The notes beneath the pieces are model-generated. The model had not been told where the DNA came from and did no database searches. It was given only the letters and a program-made list of their open reading frames with translations. Positions 23,975-37,858 of a stretch of DNA of 64,000 bases are shown here, piece by piece; the first letter of the stretch is position 1, and each line of letters begins with the position of its first letter. This DNA comes from Octopus vulgaris (lineage: Eukaryota): contig OX597822.1 in the NCBI GenBank assembly GCA_951406725.2, positions 29,078,001-29,142,000 of the forward strand. Direction: 5' to 3'. Both the position numbers and the translations under genes were made by a program.

Positions 23975-24400
23975 TTAACTCCATGTTTCTGTTGAAATAC
24001 CTGCTTTTGTTTCAGTTAATTTTGAAAATGGCTTAGAATTTATTGAAATAACTTTGTTATTGAACTAGTGTTTGAAATCTAAATTAATATGGAATTTTGA
24101 TTAAAGTTTTAATTTAGATTGGTTTAAGCCTTTAGCATTTTATCTGGCCATGTCCTGGCTGAAATATTCCATCTGATTTACGTTAAAACTGACCATATCC
24201 AATCTCTCACACTTACCCTACGATGTCATTCTAAAAATATACAAACACACCATTGAAATCTTGAAGCTACAAGATAATACATGATTAATTCAAACCAATG
24301 TGAATAAATAAGCATTACATTTGACAAAGAAATATGAATGCTAAAGGGTTAAAACAAGGAATTTGTATCATAGAACTACAGGGTGGTCTTAGGCAGATTG
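23975..24400 (+). mobile_element. Nested TTAA MITEs: a piggyBac-like family 1 copy (about 24128-24348) inside a family 2 copy
   Basis: The inner element is ttaa[gcctttagcat...atgctaaaggg]ttaa. The outer halves match the empty family 2 copy at about 62757-62972. Confidence 0.75.
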
Positions 24401-26121
24401 GATTTATTAAGTAAGAATCTGAGGTTATAAAATTAACTTGTTTATTTGTCATTTTCTATTGTAAAAAGTATAGTGATTTTTCTCTTAAGCACAAGGACAC
24501 TGCTTTAGTAAATGAATATGGTATAGTTAATTGAAACAACTCCAGTTCTCTGTTTCTGCAATCATATTGATAATGCTTAATCTAGCATTAAGGTATTTTA
24601 TGTGATGGAGAAAAGACAGCATTAGTTCAATGAATGTTATTATTTAATTGTTTGACAAGTACAGGAGATAACTCCAGACATGTTTTGGTCCTATTAAACC
24701 TCCTTAGCTGAGCACATACTTCTCTGTGCTTTCCAAAGGAATGTGTGAGAATCACTAAGTAGCTATGTAATAGAGCACGTAAGTACATGTGAAAGACCAG
24801 CATATTAAGAATAATGAATTAATTAACAAATCACTGATGTTAATTATTCGTAGACACCATAAGCATATTGTATTGTAAATAGTTTGGTGACCTGACCTCC
24901 AGCTGCTAAATTTTCATGTTATTGCTGATATTTTGGATAGTGTTCAGATAAAAGAGCACAAAACTATAAAGCTGTTAGAAATGTCCTTGTAAATAATATT
25001 AATAGTTTTACCTCCCCAAACCTACATACTAACTCCTCTCTCTCTCCTTCCCTGTTTTTACATAATGTGATTGATATTTAAAAGGGCATCTAGCTGCAAA
25101 AAGGTTATTTACATTACACATGCTCAACCACATGTGCATGTAACATCGTTCTGCTGTTGTTGTGTTGTTGCTAAGGTGACAGCAATAGCTGTAGGGTTTT
25201 GCTTTCATCTACTTGACTTGTCAAAATTAAAATGAATATAATATATGCCAGTCACAAATCCAAACTTAATGAACTAGAATATTGCTGATCTTCATTTTGG
25301 CTGGTATTTAATACGATAGCTCTCAAATTTGTTGGTTAGTTGATTCTGCATGCTGAAATCGAATAACAGCTGTTTGGACAATAACAGCAATAATTTTATT
25401 TATCATCACTATCATCATCATCATCATCATCATCATCTCCAGTGACAGCAAGCAGTGGCTTGACAGAATCATTTGAGCATTGAACAAAATGCCTTGCAGT
25501 ATTTCTTTTGGTTCTTTACATTCTGTGTTCTTAGCCAACTTTGCTTTTCATCCCCCAGGGGCTGATAAAATAAATAAAATAAAGTATCAGTGAAGTACTA
25601 GAATAAAATCAACTACCCTATAAATTCTGGTTTTTATTATTATTATTGAATAAAAAAGCAATGCATGCCATCAAAGTGACACAAGGGTACAAATATATGA
25701 AGCCTAATTATACCCATCATGACTACCCATCAGATAAGGGTACATCAGAGACATGCATCACAACCATAAGTGCGTGACATGGTGACCTTATATCAAGATA
25801 AACAGCACATGACCTTGCAGGTGGAGCTCAGTTAGAATTTTCTTCAGTTTGAGTAGCCTACCCCACTCTAAAGGTATCTGAATGAGGGTTGTTTAAGGAT
25901 GATGCTTCCGGAGGTGAATTATTTAAACCCCAAAGAATTCCTCTCAACACATGGCCATGATGCTTCCCCACTACTCCTGTGATCAAAGATGTACATATTG
26001 TCAGTCACTAAGGGACATGCTCAGTTGGTTATGGTCAAAAAACCGACAAGCAAATGTGTGGCATTGAGCAGAATATTTGCTGTCTCCCATGTTGTTGTTA
26101 TTATTATTAGTAGTAGTAGTA

Positions 26122-26345
26122 GGACGACGAGCTGGCAGAATTGCTAGCGCACCAGACGAAATACTTAGCGGTATTTTGCCCGTCGTTACATTCTGAAGTC
26201 AAATTCCGTTGAGATCGACTTTGCCTTTCATCCTTTCGGGGTCGATAAAATAAGCACCAGTTGAACACTGGAGTTAATGAAATCAACTCATCCCCTCCCA
26301 CTAAAATAGCTTCCCTTGTGGCAAAATTTGAAACCATTATTATTA
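26122..26345 (+). mobile_element. tRNA-derived SINE family C (central domain resembles MetaSINEs)
   Basis: A-box-like gagctggcagaattg, B-box-like gtcaaattcc, central gactttgcctttcatcctttcggggtcgataaaataagcaccag, and an (ATT)n tail. Relatives are near 525-700, 18245-18460, 22715-22860 and 56808-56975. Confidence 0.78.
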
Positions 26346-28226
26346 TTAGTAGTATATTAAGGCATTGAGCTGGCAGAATTGTTAGCATGCTGGGCAGATG
26401 TTTAGGCATTTTCTCTTGCTCTGGTTGACTTTGCCCTTTGTACTTTTGGGGTTGAGAAAATAGTACCAGTTGAGCACTGGGGCAATGTAATCAACTATCT
26501 CTTCTCCTTATATTGTGGGCCTTGTGGCAACCTGGCAAAATTGTTAGTGCATGAAGAAAAGTGTTTAGCAGCATTTCTTCCAACTATTTAATTAAAGTTT
26601 TACTATTAGATAATTATTTTCATTATCCTTATCATTGTCTTATCAGCATCATTATGATGTTTATACTTTTCCATGTGGCTATAGGTCAGATAAAACTGAG
26701 GCAGTTTTCCTAATGCCTGATACTCTTCTTGTTGCCATCCATCACTTGTCTCCAAGTGAAATGCTATTTCTTCTTGCCTTTGAACAATGAACACTTCAAT
26801 GGCTGGATTTGTCTACAGAGCAAAGACTCCATTGTGTACACAACAGCATTTTTTTGACAGATGTTAATCATATTGGTTTGAAATTTTGGCACTAGGCCAG
26901 CAATTTCAAGGAGTGGGTAGTTGATTACATTGACCCCCAGTATTTAACTGGTCCTTATTTTACCCTCTCCACAAAGAATGAAAGGCAAAGTTGACCTTGG
27001 TGGCATTTCAACTCAGAACTATATTATCTAATATGTCCTTTCCTTTAGCAAGACAATTAGGTAATTTTAGTGAGATTTGGCTACTATTTTATATTATGAG
27101 CTCAGTGGGTAACTGTTATTGAACAAGCACCCAATTTGGTTTCCATCTATGATTGAAACCATTTTAGACATGTTAGAAATATCTTCTGTAAAGGATGCAA
27201 GAAGTCATGCAGTGTTATTTTCATTCTTATAGATCTGAGGCCCTCTGCTAGAAATCAGTGTATTTGTTCCAGGAATCAATATATGTGTGACAGTAGTAAT
27301 TATGATAACAATGTTTATCAGTAGCAATTTCGGCAACAGCTAAAAGGACGAATCAACATTGATAAGTCTTCTCAATCTCAGTTTGCTGTTTAGCTACTTA
27401 AAAAAGCAAACAAACCAAGCAACCAACCTACTAAAAGCAAAAATGTGCAATTTCATTTAGACCTGCAGAAACCATTATCTTCAGACAAAGATGTGTTGGT
27501 TACATTAGGAAAATTAAAAGATTTAATCTACCTGATAGAATTTTGTATAACTGATATTTAATGCTGCACATTCTGGGTTAAAATTTGTGTGACTAAATCT
27601 GACAGACAGACTCATGAGATTTTGTAATCAGTATAAAAGAACTAATCCATAATATTCTGTATTTGCTGCTGCCTACATCTCTGACTTTTGCTTGTTTCTG
27701 TCTGTCTGTCTTGTTTGTGTGTATGAGTGTAATATATATATATATATGTCAGTTTCTTATTCCTCCAGTCCATATTCTGTTCAGCTGAGGGTCATGGGGG
27801 TTCTTATCTTGCAGGTACTTGGCGACCTCACTGGTGCCACGTAAAAGGCTCCCAGTACACTATGTTCAGTGGTTGGTTTTAAGAAGGTATAGAAATCATG
27901 CCAAAGCAGACATAGAATTCATAGAACTTGGTGGAGCCCTCTGGTTTGTCTGTTCTTATCAAACTGTTCAACCCATGCCAGCATGGAAAAAAAGGCTGTT
28001 AAATGATCATGATATGTATTGGTAGTATGGCTAAGTTCACTTTGAAACCATGTGGTTTAGGGATTGTTCCTTCTGTGGACACTGTCAGCTGGTGTCTTCT
28101 TCTATAATCATGAGTTGACCAATATTTCATGAATGAAATTTGCTGCACAGAACTGGATGAAGCCTGTGTATGTGTGAGTTAGTGAGTTTGTGTATATTAA
28201 TTATAAACAGAAGATAGCATCTCAAT

Positions 28227-28461
28227 CAGTGGTTCTCAACTAGGGTCCATATGACCCTTGAGGGAGGTGTCCATATAAGATTTTGTTGAAGTTAATGAGC
28301 AATCAAGTGGTTACTCTTCTACAATACACAAAATAATTTAACAATTATTTTAAATAATTTTTAGTATAATTTAATTGTAAAAATATAATAGGATTTTTTT
28401 AACGTGAAGCTCCAGTAGAGACATTTGCCCATAGGCAAAAAAAAATGGTTGACAACCACTG
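28227..28461. mobile_element. hAT (Charlie-like) MITE
   Basis: TIRs cagtggttctcaac / gttgacaaccactg. A related copy starts at 43396. Confidence 0.75.
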
Positions 28462-29363
28462 ACATAAATGCTGTCATTTGTTTGTAGTCCTCTGTAAAAG
28501 TGCATCTGGCCCCTTGTTCATTATTTATGGCCACTGAACAGTTCAGTTTTCAAAGGACTGGGGAAAGCATTGCCTTAGACACAGGATGAACTTCCAAGAA
28601 AATGTCTAACCCACTTTCACCCTTGTTCACTATTCTCTACATCTATCTCTATCACACTCTTACAAAATTTACCCACCCCACTCTTGTCTTCTGTCCCCCA
28701 CTGTTTCTTCACTTTATACCTGGAGGGCACACAGATGCCTCATCACCATCTTTACCTCTCTCCCTGGCTCCACCCTACTTATTTCTACCCACATTATATA
28801 ATGCAAAGTAGTCATGTATCAACTCTACAGCAAGAAGCCTCTGCATAAAGCTGCCTCTCCCCACTCTCTCTACTAAGCTTGTACACTCAGTAAAAGGAGC
28901 TCTGTAACCTTATGAGTTGTATGGGCAACCTTGCTAGTACACACACATAAACGTGCAAGCTCACACACACAAAACATGCGCATGCACACACAAATGCAGC
29001 CAATACACTTTGTAAAGTGGTTAGCATCAGGAAGGGCATCCAATTGTACAAACCACCTCAAAGCAGCCATTAGAGCACAATGAAGTCTTCATAGCTTGTT
29101 GAGGTTTATAGTAGAATTTGAAGGCGTTGGTGGGGTTTTAAGTGCACCATTGGTTGTTATTGGTTGTTTTAACACTGTTTCTAATTTTCTGTATAGTTCT
29201 TATTTGATCAAACAATGAAATTTAAGTACACTGCACTTTTGAAGTACTCTCTCTCTTTCTCTCTCCCTCTCCTTCTCCCCCCTCTCTCTAACAACACAAA
29301 CACACATTTAATTGCACTCAATCTGATAGTATATTTCTTTCATTTTAATTCTATTTTACACAG

Positions 29364-29444
29364 GCTACCTATGGCAACATCCCAGCTCCCAACAAGATGA
29401 CATTTTTGATTGGAGTGTTACAGAATACAAGCGCCTCTGTACCG
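29364..29444 (+). CDS. IPO5: Importin-5 (karyopherin beta-3) internal coding exon, ATYGNIPAPNKMTFLIGVLQNTSASVP
   Basis: Acceptor ttttacacag and donor CCG|gtaagt; 81 nt, phase 0/0. Aligns with human IPO5 [27 protein letters not shown] as I recall it, and is in frame with the next exon. Confidence 0.88.
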
Positions 29445-29489
29445 GTAAGTTTTGTTATTTTGTTCTTTTTTTTTATGAGACGAATCAGC

Positions 29490-29950
29490 TCTGAAGAACA
29501 GAAACCATTGTAGTAGCATTAGGAAAAAACTCAGAGAGAAAACAGTATATCCACGGACTAGAGGCTGGGATGTCTCCATTTGTGATTGAATGGCAATCAA
29601 GTGATCCTTCTCTGGATGAGGTCCAGAATGTCTGCGTAGAGAAGCAACATCATTCTAGACGTGGAGGCAGCACTCCACTGTGGACCTCACTTGAGTTTTA
29701 TTGAGTGTTAATAGCTGGTGAGGATTGAAATATTTTCTGGCCTTGAAGAGAAGTTAAACTTTATGCAATACGAGAGTGCAAAGTCCAACATGTGACACGG
29801 GTGATACACATGTTTACTGTCACCGTCTTCATCTAAGTTCAATAATCATTCAATCTCTCTAAGTTGTCTCTTCCATTCACCAATATCATTCCAATTTGCA
29901 TTCTTGCAAAAAACAATTTTGATCACTTCTTAATTCATTACAACTTTGCT
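29490..29950 (-). mobile_element. Decayed CR1/Jockey-group LINE, RT C-terminal fragment
   Basis: Minus strand reads QLLTLNKTQVRSTVECCLHV*...DILDLIQRR, similar to the LYKAQVRPxMEYCSHVW...LDxIQxR motif. Confidence 0.6.
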
Positions 29951-31450
29951 TAAATCTATTCCTGCTCTGCAGGTATGGATGTGGGGTTAAGAAGTTAATT
30001 TCCTAATCACATAGTTTTTGGTTCAGCACCAGTGCATGGCACTTTAGGCAAGTGTCTTCTACTATAACCCTCGATTGACCAAAGCCTTGTGAGTGATTTT
30101 GGTAGTTGAAATTGAAAGAAGCCCATCATGTGTATGTATGTATGTATGTGTTTGCTTGTTTGTGTGTATAATGGGTGGATGTGTTTGCATCTCTTTGTCT
30201 TGGCAAAGCTTGATAATTGCCAACAAGCACCACTGTTATTCAAGTAGTGTCTTTTGTTTCCAGTCTGTGAAAACATGTCCAGCTGTTATATAAAATGTAC
30301 CTTGTTGAAATATTTATTGTTACATCTAAATTCCCTTCTTTTTTAATTATTTACCTCAGGCCTAGGATTTAAGGACTCTTGGCCTTTATTTTAAAAAGAA
30401 TAGAGAATATTTTGTGAAAGATTTGGTTTTTGTCGAATGGGTTGAGCTTATTTTATAGAAGTTCCTTTACTAGGTTGGGTTAACTATATTTTGGTAAGCT
30501 AGTACTGATGCTAACTAAAAATACAAATATGCAGGGAAGAAGAGAAAAAACAGTGTTAATAAAAGTTTAAAAAAAAATTTTTTTCTGGTAAGTACATATA
30601 TATTTCAGTCTGATTTTGACCACATCAGCAAAGTATATTTAGTCCTGAAAGTTGCAGGGATGTAAACACACCAACACCAGTTGTCAAATGGTGACAGGGG
30701 ACAAACTCAGATACAAAGACACGCGCATTCACATACACATACACACATGATGGGCTTTCAGTTTCCATCTACCAAATCCATTCACAAGGCTTTGGTCACC
30801 TTGAGAGGCTATAGCGAAAGACATTTGCCCAGGGTGCCATGCATTGGGACTGAACCCGGAACCATGTGGTTTGGAAGCAAGCTTCTTAACCACACAGCAA
30901 TGCCTGTGTCTAAATACAAAAAGAAATTGGCTTTGTATACCATTTAGCCCTTTTGTTGACATATTTCTGTTAAAATACACTACTTTAATTAATTTTTAAA
31001 ATATTAAACTGTATCATATAACCAGAGGCAGTATCAAATGGGTTAGTGTGAAATGGTTTAAGTACAAATTTGTATATCTGGCAAACTATTGCAATACTGA
31101 GTAAATCTGAACTAGTGATTTTAACAAATTCTTTTAATTATAGAATCTACATTAAGTGGATGGGATTTAATTCCATTATGTTGTTCATTGTATGTTAGTG
31201 TTGTTAAAAAATATTTAGTACTCCTTAAGATTATTACATTTAACATTTAACTTTTCAAATTGCTTTATATCAATAATACTTAGTGCTCCTTAAGATTATT
31301 ACACTTGATATTTAAGTTTTAAAATTGCTTTATATCATTTTGTTTCAATTATAAAATAACTAGACATGTTGGGTTTATTTTATAGAAGCTAAGATGACAT
31401 AAGTTGTGTGTGTGTGAGTGTAAGTGAAGGAAAGAAGGAAGGACACTTAA

Positions 31451-31659
31451 CAGTTTAGTATTTAAACCGGCCAAAATAGTTAATCTGTTTTATGTTCAAA
31501 CTGACCAGATCCAGGCTCTCGCACCTACCCTACAATGTTATTCTACATTAAGTAATTACACCATCAAGCTCTTGAAGATATGAGGCAATGCATGATTAAT
31601 TCAAATCAATGGGAATCAATAAGCATTATGTTTGATAGAATAATCTGAACACTAAAGGG
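31451..31659 (+). mobile_element. piggyBac-like MITE family 1
   Basis: Very similar to 62396-62614; ends aacactaaaggg followed by TTAA. Confidence 0.85.
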
Positions 31660-31717
31660 TTAAGGTAAATTTTTGAGACCTTTAACAACAGATCTTTTTT
31701 TCTATTCCTCTTTCCAG

Positions 31718-31910
31718 AATCGCTCTTTGGCAGCTGTATTATTGCGGAAGCTCTTCACATCCAAATTTGACGATGCCTGGGGTAGCTTAGTGCCTGACTC
31801 TCAAATTGCTATCAAAACGTATCTTATGAATATTATCCACCAAGAAGAAAATCCTATTGTGCGCCGGAAAGTATGTGATGCCATTGCTGAACTTGCACGA
31901 AACATGTTGG
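31718..31910 (+). CDS. IPO5: Importin-5 coding exon, NRSLAAVLLRKLFTSKFDDAW...VRRKVCDAIAELARNML
   Basis: Acceptor ctctttccag and donor G|gtaaga; 193 nt. AAVLLR and RKVCDxxAELARN motifs match the IPO5/Pse1 N-terminal HEAT repeats. Confidence 0.95.
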
Positions 31911-32682
31911 GTAAGAGACACCTTTTACTTCTTCGTTTCATTTCCTGAAAGTTGGGTGTGAAATTATGTGAAAACTATCTTCAAAAGTGCTATATTCTAT
32001 GGGCCTTTTGTTACAAAATAGTTTGGTTGCTCTGAAGTACAATGACTGGCAAATTTTCTCTGTCTGTAGATGATTACCTGGCATTTCTAATTCTGTTATT
32101 TTAGTCATTATCATTGTCCTAATTTCTACATTTTTGTGCTTGCAAGGGTCAAATGGAATTTGTTGAGGCAAAGTTGGGTGCTCTTCCTGTTGGCAATACT
32201 CACTTGTTTCCAAGCAAGATAATATTATTTCCCTATAGCCAGACATGTTTATATGGAAAGTTGGAAAAGAACAGAATTGCTTGTATGTTAGTGATATTTG
32301 TTTTACAACCATTATACGTTGTCACAACAGGGAAACGCTCTTTTACACACACACACACGATTGGCGTCTTTCCATTTCTGTCTACCAAATTTGCTCACTT
32401 AGAGCTGTAATTAAATACATTCATCCAAGGTGCAGTGCAGATGAATTGAACCTGAAACCATGTGGTTGGGAAGTGAAATTGTTAACTGCACAGCTATGTC
32501 CAACCTTGATTAGAACTCTATTTACATCTAACCTGTATTAGAGGAAGATAAATCAACCACAGTATTTGACTGTTATCTGACTTTATCTTTCTTGGGAAGG
32601 ATTAAGAGACAAAGTCGAACTCTGAGTGTATAATGACTGCAAGTTATTATACACCTAAGACTATAAGTGCAGATGTGACTAT

Positions 32683-32768
32683 GAACCATTTTAAATACAT
32701 ATGGTGCTCTAAGAACGGTTTTAAATACATATGGTGCTCTAAGAACCGTTTTAAATACATATGGTGCT
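32683..32768. repeat. 30-bp minisatellite (gaaccgttttaaatacatatggtgctctaa) x about 3
   Basis: Tandem units read directly. Confidence 0.9.
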
Positions 32769-32945
32769 AAAGATATTCATTAAAACGTTTATTCAGAAAA
32801 ATTCCATATAGGTGTGGCCATGGCTCTGTGATTCAAAAGTTCACTTTGCAACCATGTTTCAGGTTCAGTCTCGAGCAGACCAATTCCTTATGAGTGAATT
32901 CAGTAGATGGAAACTGTGTGGAAGCCTGTTGTATATGTGTGTGTT

Positions 32946-32989
<44 letters not shown>

Positions 32990-32992
<3 letters not shown>

Positions 32993-34690
32993 CATCATCT
33001 TTAATGTCTGCTTTCCATGCTAGCATGGGTTGGACGGTTTAACTGAGGATTGGCGAGCCAGATGGCTGCACCAGGCTCCAGTCTGATCTGGCAGAGTTTC
33101 TACAGCTGGATGCCCTTCCTAATGCCATCCGCTTTGAGAGTGTATTGGGTGCTTTTACATGCCACCGGCACAGGGGCCAGTCAGGCGGTACTAGTGACGG
33201 CCATGCTCAAATGGTGTTTTTTATGTGCCACCTGCACAGGAGCCAGTCCAGCGGCACTGGCAATGACCTCGCTTGAATGTTGTTTTTCACATGTCACCGG
33301 CAAAAGTGTTTATAAAGTATGTGTATATGTATATATGTATTAAAAAATGTGCATGGCTCAGTGGTTAGAGCACTGGGCTCACAATCATGAGGTAGTGAGT
33401 TTGATTTTTGAACTGGGCCATGTGTTGTGTTTTTGAGCAGGACACTTTATTTTACGTTGCTCCAGTTCACTCAGCTGCAGAAATGAGTTGTGACATCACT
33501 GGCACAAAGGTGTATCAGTCTTTGCCTTTTTTCTTGGATAACATCAGTGGTATGAAGAGCAGAGGTTGGTATGCACGGGCAACTGCTGGTCTTCCATGAA
33601 CAATCATGCCTAGACTTTCACTTTGCTTGAGACTATATATCATCATCATCATTATCATTGTTTAACGTCCGCTTTCCATGCTAGCATGGGTTGGACGATT
33701 TGACTGAGGGCTGGCGAACCAGATGGTTGCACCAGGCTCCAATCTTGATCTGGCAGAGTTTCTACAGTTGGATGCCCTTCCTAACGCCAATCACTCCAAG
33801 AGTGTTGTGGGTGCTTTTACATGCCACCGGCAGGGGGTCCAGTCAGGCGGTACAGGCAACGACCTCGCTCGAATCTTTTTACACATGCCACCGGCACAGG
33901 TGCCAGTAAGGCGATGCTGGTAACGATCACACACACTATATATATATAGAGAGAGATGAGAGTGTGTTTGTGATTGCCTTCATTTTTGTTTCTCATTGCT
34001 TAACCTGTGTAGGTTTGTTTATGTCCTCATAAGTTAGCAGTCCAGCAGAAAGAAACCAATAGATTAAAAGCCAGATTTAAAATAAGTAGTGGGATCAAAT
34101 TAAGGCATGGTCACAGTCCAATGACTGAAATAATTGAAAAAAAAATACAAGAATATACACATGGGAGAAAATTGAAATTAAATCAATTATAATTGTATTA
34201 GATCATTGGTGATGCAGTCGCACCAGAACCCTCCCTAGGATGATATAAGTAACAAGCAATGATAGCCTTAACTTCTTATAGAGATGTAGGGGTACATGAC
34301 ATATGCAGTGTCTTGCAGAACCCATTCAAGATTGAAAAGATCTGATTTTTTTTCTGAAGAGAAAGAGAAAGAAATAAAAGCACCATCTGAACGTGGTCGA
34401 TGCCAGTGCCATCTGACTGGCTCCTGTGCCGGTGGCATATAAAAAGTACTATCTGAACGTGATTGATGCCAGGGTCACCTGACTGGCTCCTGTGCCGGTG
34501 ACATGTAAAAAGCACCCACTACATTCTCAAAGTGGTTGGCATTAAGAAGGGCATCCAACTGTAGAAACGTTGTCAGATCAGATTAGAGCCTGGTGTAGCC
34601 ACTGGCTTTCCAGACCTCAGTCAAACCATTCAACCCACGCTGGCATGGAAAACGGATGTTAAACGACGGTGGCAATGATGATGATGATTG
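32990..34690. mobile_element. Cluster of short RTE 3'-UTR copies (32990-33300 -, 33640-33930 -, 34376-34690 +) and a family B SINE (33348-33625)
   Basis: The three UTR copies share the ggaagggcatccagc...ccaacccatgctagcatggaaagcggacgttaaacgatgat tail with the RTE 3' end at 10382-10570. Confidence 0.85.
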
Positions 34691-37085
34691 CCCTTAGCTG
34701 GATTTAAATTTAGAGGCTCAGAATAAACATTAAAACATTCTATCTACCATGTTAGCTATTTTAGCAAATATCATCCTATAGAAAGTCTGTATTCTGTGTA
34801 CTGCTATCTGGGTCATAAGTATGGAAAATTCATGTAATCCTTTGTCATCAGAAAAATTTCTGAATGATTTACATGAAATGATATTTATGCTTTAGTGCAT
34901 TGACATAAAAACTGTTAAGTAATTAATCACATGTATATATATTGTTGAGTTGACAATTCTGCTGGGACTACTCCTTCCTCTCTATGCCAACTGCAAGGAG
35001 GGATTTTGCAAATTTTGTCATTTGCGTAATGCCAAGACAAAAATTTATGCAGGATGTCATAACAATGGTTAATCCTGTCACAATGACATCAGCTAGGTTT
35101 GCTGACCATCATCATCATATTATCATTACTGTCAACATTTTAATGTTCACTTTTCCATTTCTGCATGGGTTGGCCAGACATGTTTTCACAGGATATTATT
35201 GGAAATGCATGACACTTCGTTATGACTGACAGTCATTTACAACTATCATATGATGTCAAGACTAGAAGACACAAACATGCGCATACCCTCTCACATACAC
35301 ATTTTTACATATACATTCAATGGGCTTCTTTGAGTTTTCATTTACCAAATCCACTTGCAGCGCACTGATTCACCAAGCTATTACAAGAAACACTTGTCCA
35401 AGGTTACAAAAACCTGAAACGATGTGGTTGGGAAGCAAATTTTATCACACAGCCATGCCTGCATCTATGATGGAAACAGTTTTTCAAAGACAAAACATAA
35501 TGGGTGTAATCATCATCATCATCATCGTTTAACGTCCGTTTTCCGCGCTAGCACGGGTTGGACGGTTCAACCGGGGTCTCGGAAGCCAGGGGCTGCTCCA
35601 GGCTCCAGTCTGATCTGGCAGTTTCTACGGCTGGATGCCCTTCCTAACGCCATATAAGTTTAAATCTGTGACCATGTTAGCCAGTGAGCCAGAAAATAAT
35701 TATTCAGAGACAATGGATTTCTGTTGGTTTTGATGATGGAAATTCTATTGTTTGATCAACTGAATTATTTGGTTGTTGAACTGGCACCTAAGTGGTTGAG
35801 TATTCCACAGTTACATGTGTGTCATTAGCATTAATCTTCCAGTAGAATCAGCATAACACTGTGTGACAAGGCTGGCACTAACAGTCTTCCATAGAGTTTC
35901 CATCAACTTAGTTTCACTTACAAAGCTTCAATCTGCATGAGGCTATGGTATCCTGCAATAGGCTGAAACTTGGTACCTTTTGATTGCAACTTTAGTGAGT
36001 AGATGAGAACCAGTATTTTCAGCTTGATGTAGCCATGTTGTCATGAGAAGTTGTGCAAGGTTACAATGACACCTCAAGCGAATATATTGACCAGAGGCAC
36101 CTGTGTTTACTGAAGCCTGTTATGCATTATTGATTATGATTTTACAGAAGAAATATAGTAATTTTATAGTAAATAGATGAATAGAAAATAATTGTCATAT
36201 CTGTAATGCCTTCTCTCATGCGTTTCTTTCTCTGTTTGATGTGTTTAAACAGGAAATAACGAGTCCTCTTGGTCCCCAAATACAAATAAAATAAGCAAAT
36301 GCAGTATAGAGTGATGCATGTTTCCAAGCAAAGTAGTATTTTCCCCATTGCCAGGCATTTTTTTTTTCAGAATATTAGAGATGAACGACAACACTGTATG
36401 ACGGTAACTCTCCTTTACAACTATCATGCTATATCAAGACAAGGTGACACAAACACAGATTTATGCATGCAATCGCATGCTTCCCAACCACGTTTCCTGG
36501 TTCCATGAGCATGGCACCTTGCGCAAGTGTCCTTTATGGATCCAGGCCAACCAAAGTCTTGCAGGTGGATTTGGTTGATGGAAACCAGAAGGAGTCTTTT
36601 TGTAATTATGTTTCTGTATGTATATATTGTCGTCAGCTTTATCTCGTGTCTAAGAACTTAGTTTCTTCTTTGCTGAGTGTTTCCTTTATGGTGATGGCGT
36701 TGGTGACTCTGTAGACCAATTCTTGCATAAAAGAGTTGATGACATTGGCTGCATGGTGGAGGATGAGGTTGATTTCGTTGTGCCTTTCTCTCCTGTCATT
36801 TGATTTCTTTCTTTTCTCTTCTGGTAGTTTCGAAGTTTTTAGTACCAATAGTGATGGAACTACATCTGCTGTAATTGGGTTAATGTAAGGTCAAAGGTCA
36901 TCCAGCTATGACTTTCAATTTAAAGATGGGTGTCTAGGATTACGTTATCTTATTTTTAAAACTGGAAGTTGTAATTGAGGAGAGTTGACTGCTGCTTCTA
37001 GTATGTCACTGGACCATGTTAAGGCTCCCTCATTGGCTGGTCTTCTTATGTAGTTAGATTATTTGTAGTAGTTAGATTATTTATC

Positions 37086-37858
37086 ACGACCTCCTCCAAG
37101 TTAATTGAACTTAAATCGCTCAATAATATATCAATCAAAAACGTTGATATCTTCAAATATCTTGGATCACACATAGTAGACCCCTAAAAGGACTTTTACA
37201 CGTGCAAAGCTCTTGCTTGGTTTGCATGTAACAGACTTGATAAGATCTGGCACTTGAACCTTCCACCCATGTTAAAAGTTAAAATATTTAGACCTGGACC
37301 TTATCGACTCTCTTAGAAAAACAATTAAGTGGAACATACACCAACCTGCTCAGAAAGATACAGAACATCAGTTGTGTATCTTATTTTTAAAACTGGAAGT
37401 TGTAATTGAGGAGAGTTGACTGCTGCTTCTAGTATGTCACTGGACCATGTTAAGGCTCCCTCATTGGCTGGTCTTCTTATGTAGTTAGATTATTTGTAGT
37501 AGTTAGATTATTTATCTAACACTTAGTAACATCTATGGAAATCTGATGCCAACACTTAGTAACATCTATGGAAATCTGATGCCAGTATCCCTCAAGCTAA
37601 AGCAGAAATGGCTACAATTTGCTGGCCACTGTCATCAAGCAGAGAAAGAGGTTATGTCATCCCTGTGCTATGGCATCCCTCTGGAAGTGTTTTCTCCAGG
37701 AAACTGACAATTCCAGATATAATCTTGCCTGGATATAACTCGGTACTCAGGGCTGGATATTAGAGATCTGACCACAGCAATGCAGGATCGTGTGGTGTGG
37801 AAGGGGATTGTCAATGGAGTTCCAACCAACTATAGGTTGGTTGAAGGATGATGATGAT
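37086..37858 (+). mobile_element. 3' fragment of a third RTE lineage with (GAT)n tail
   Basis: Reads IKNVDIFKYLGSHI...KALAWFACNRLDKIW...KVKIFR, LSGTYTNLLRKIQNIS, LQFAGHC and AMQDRVVW. Interrupted by a 140-bp local duplication. Confidence 0.8.

Noticed and set aside
1-29363. IPO5 start-codon exon
   Set aside because: I found no segment encoding the expected EQxxF...LLSxDNxxRxxAE-like peptide followed by a donor. It is probably upstream of the window, or I missed it.
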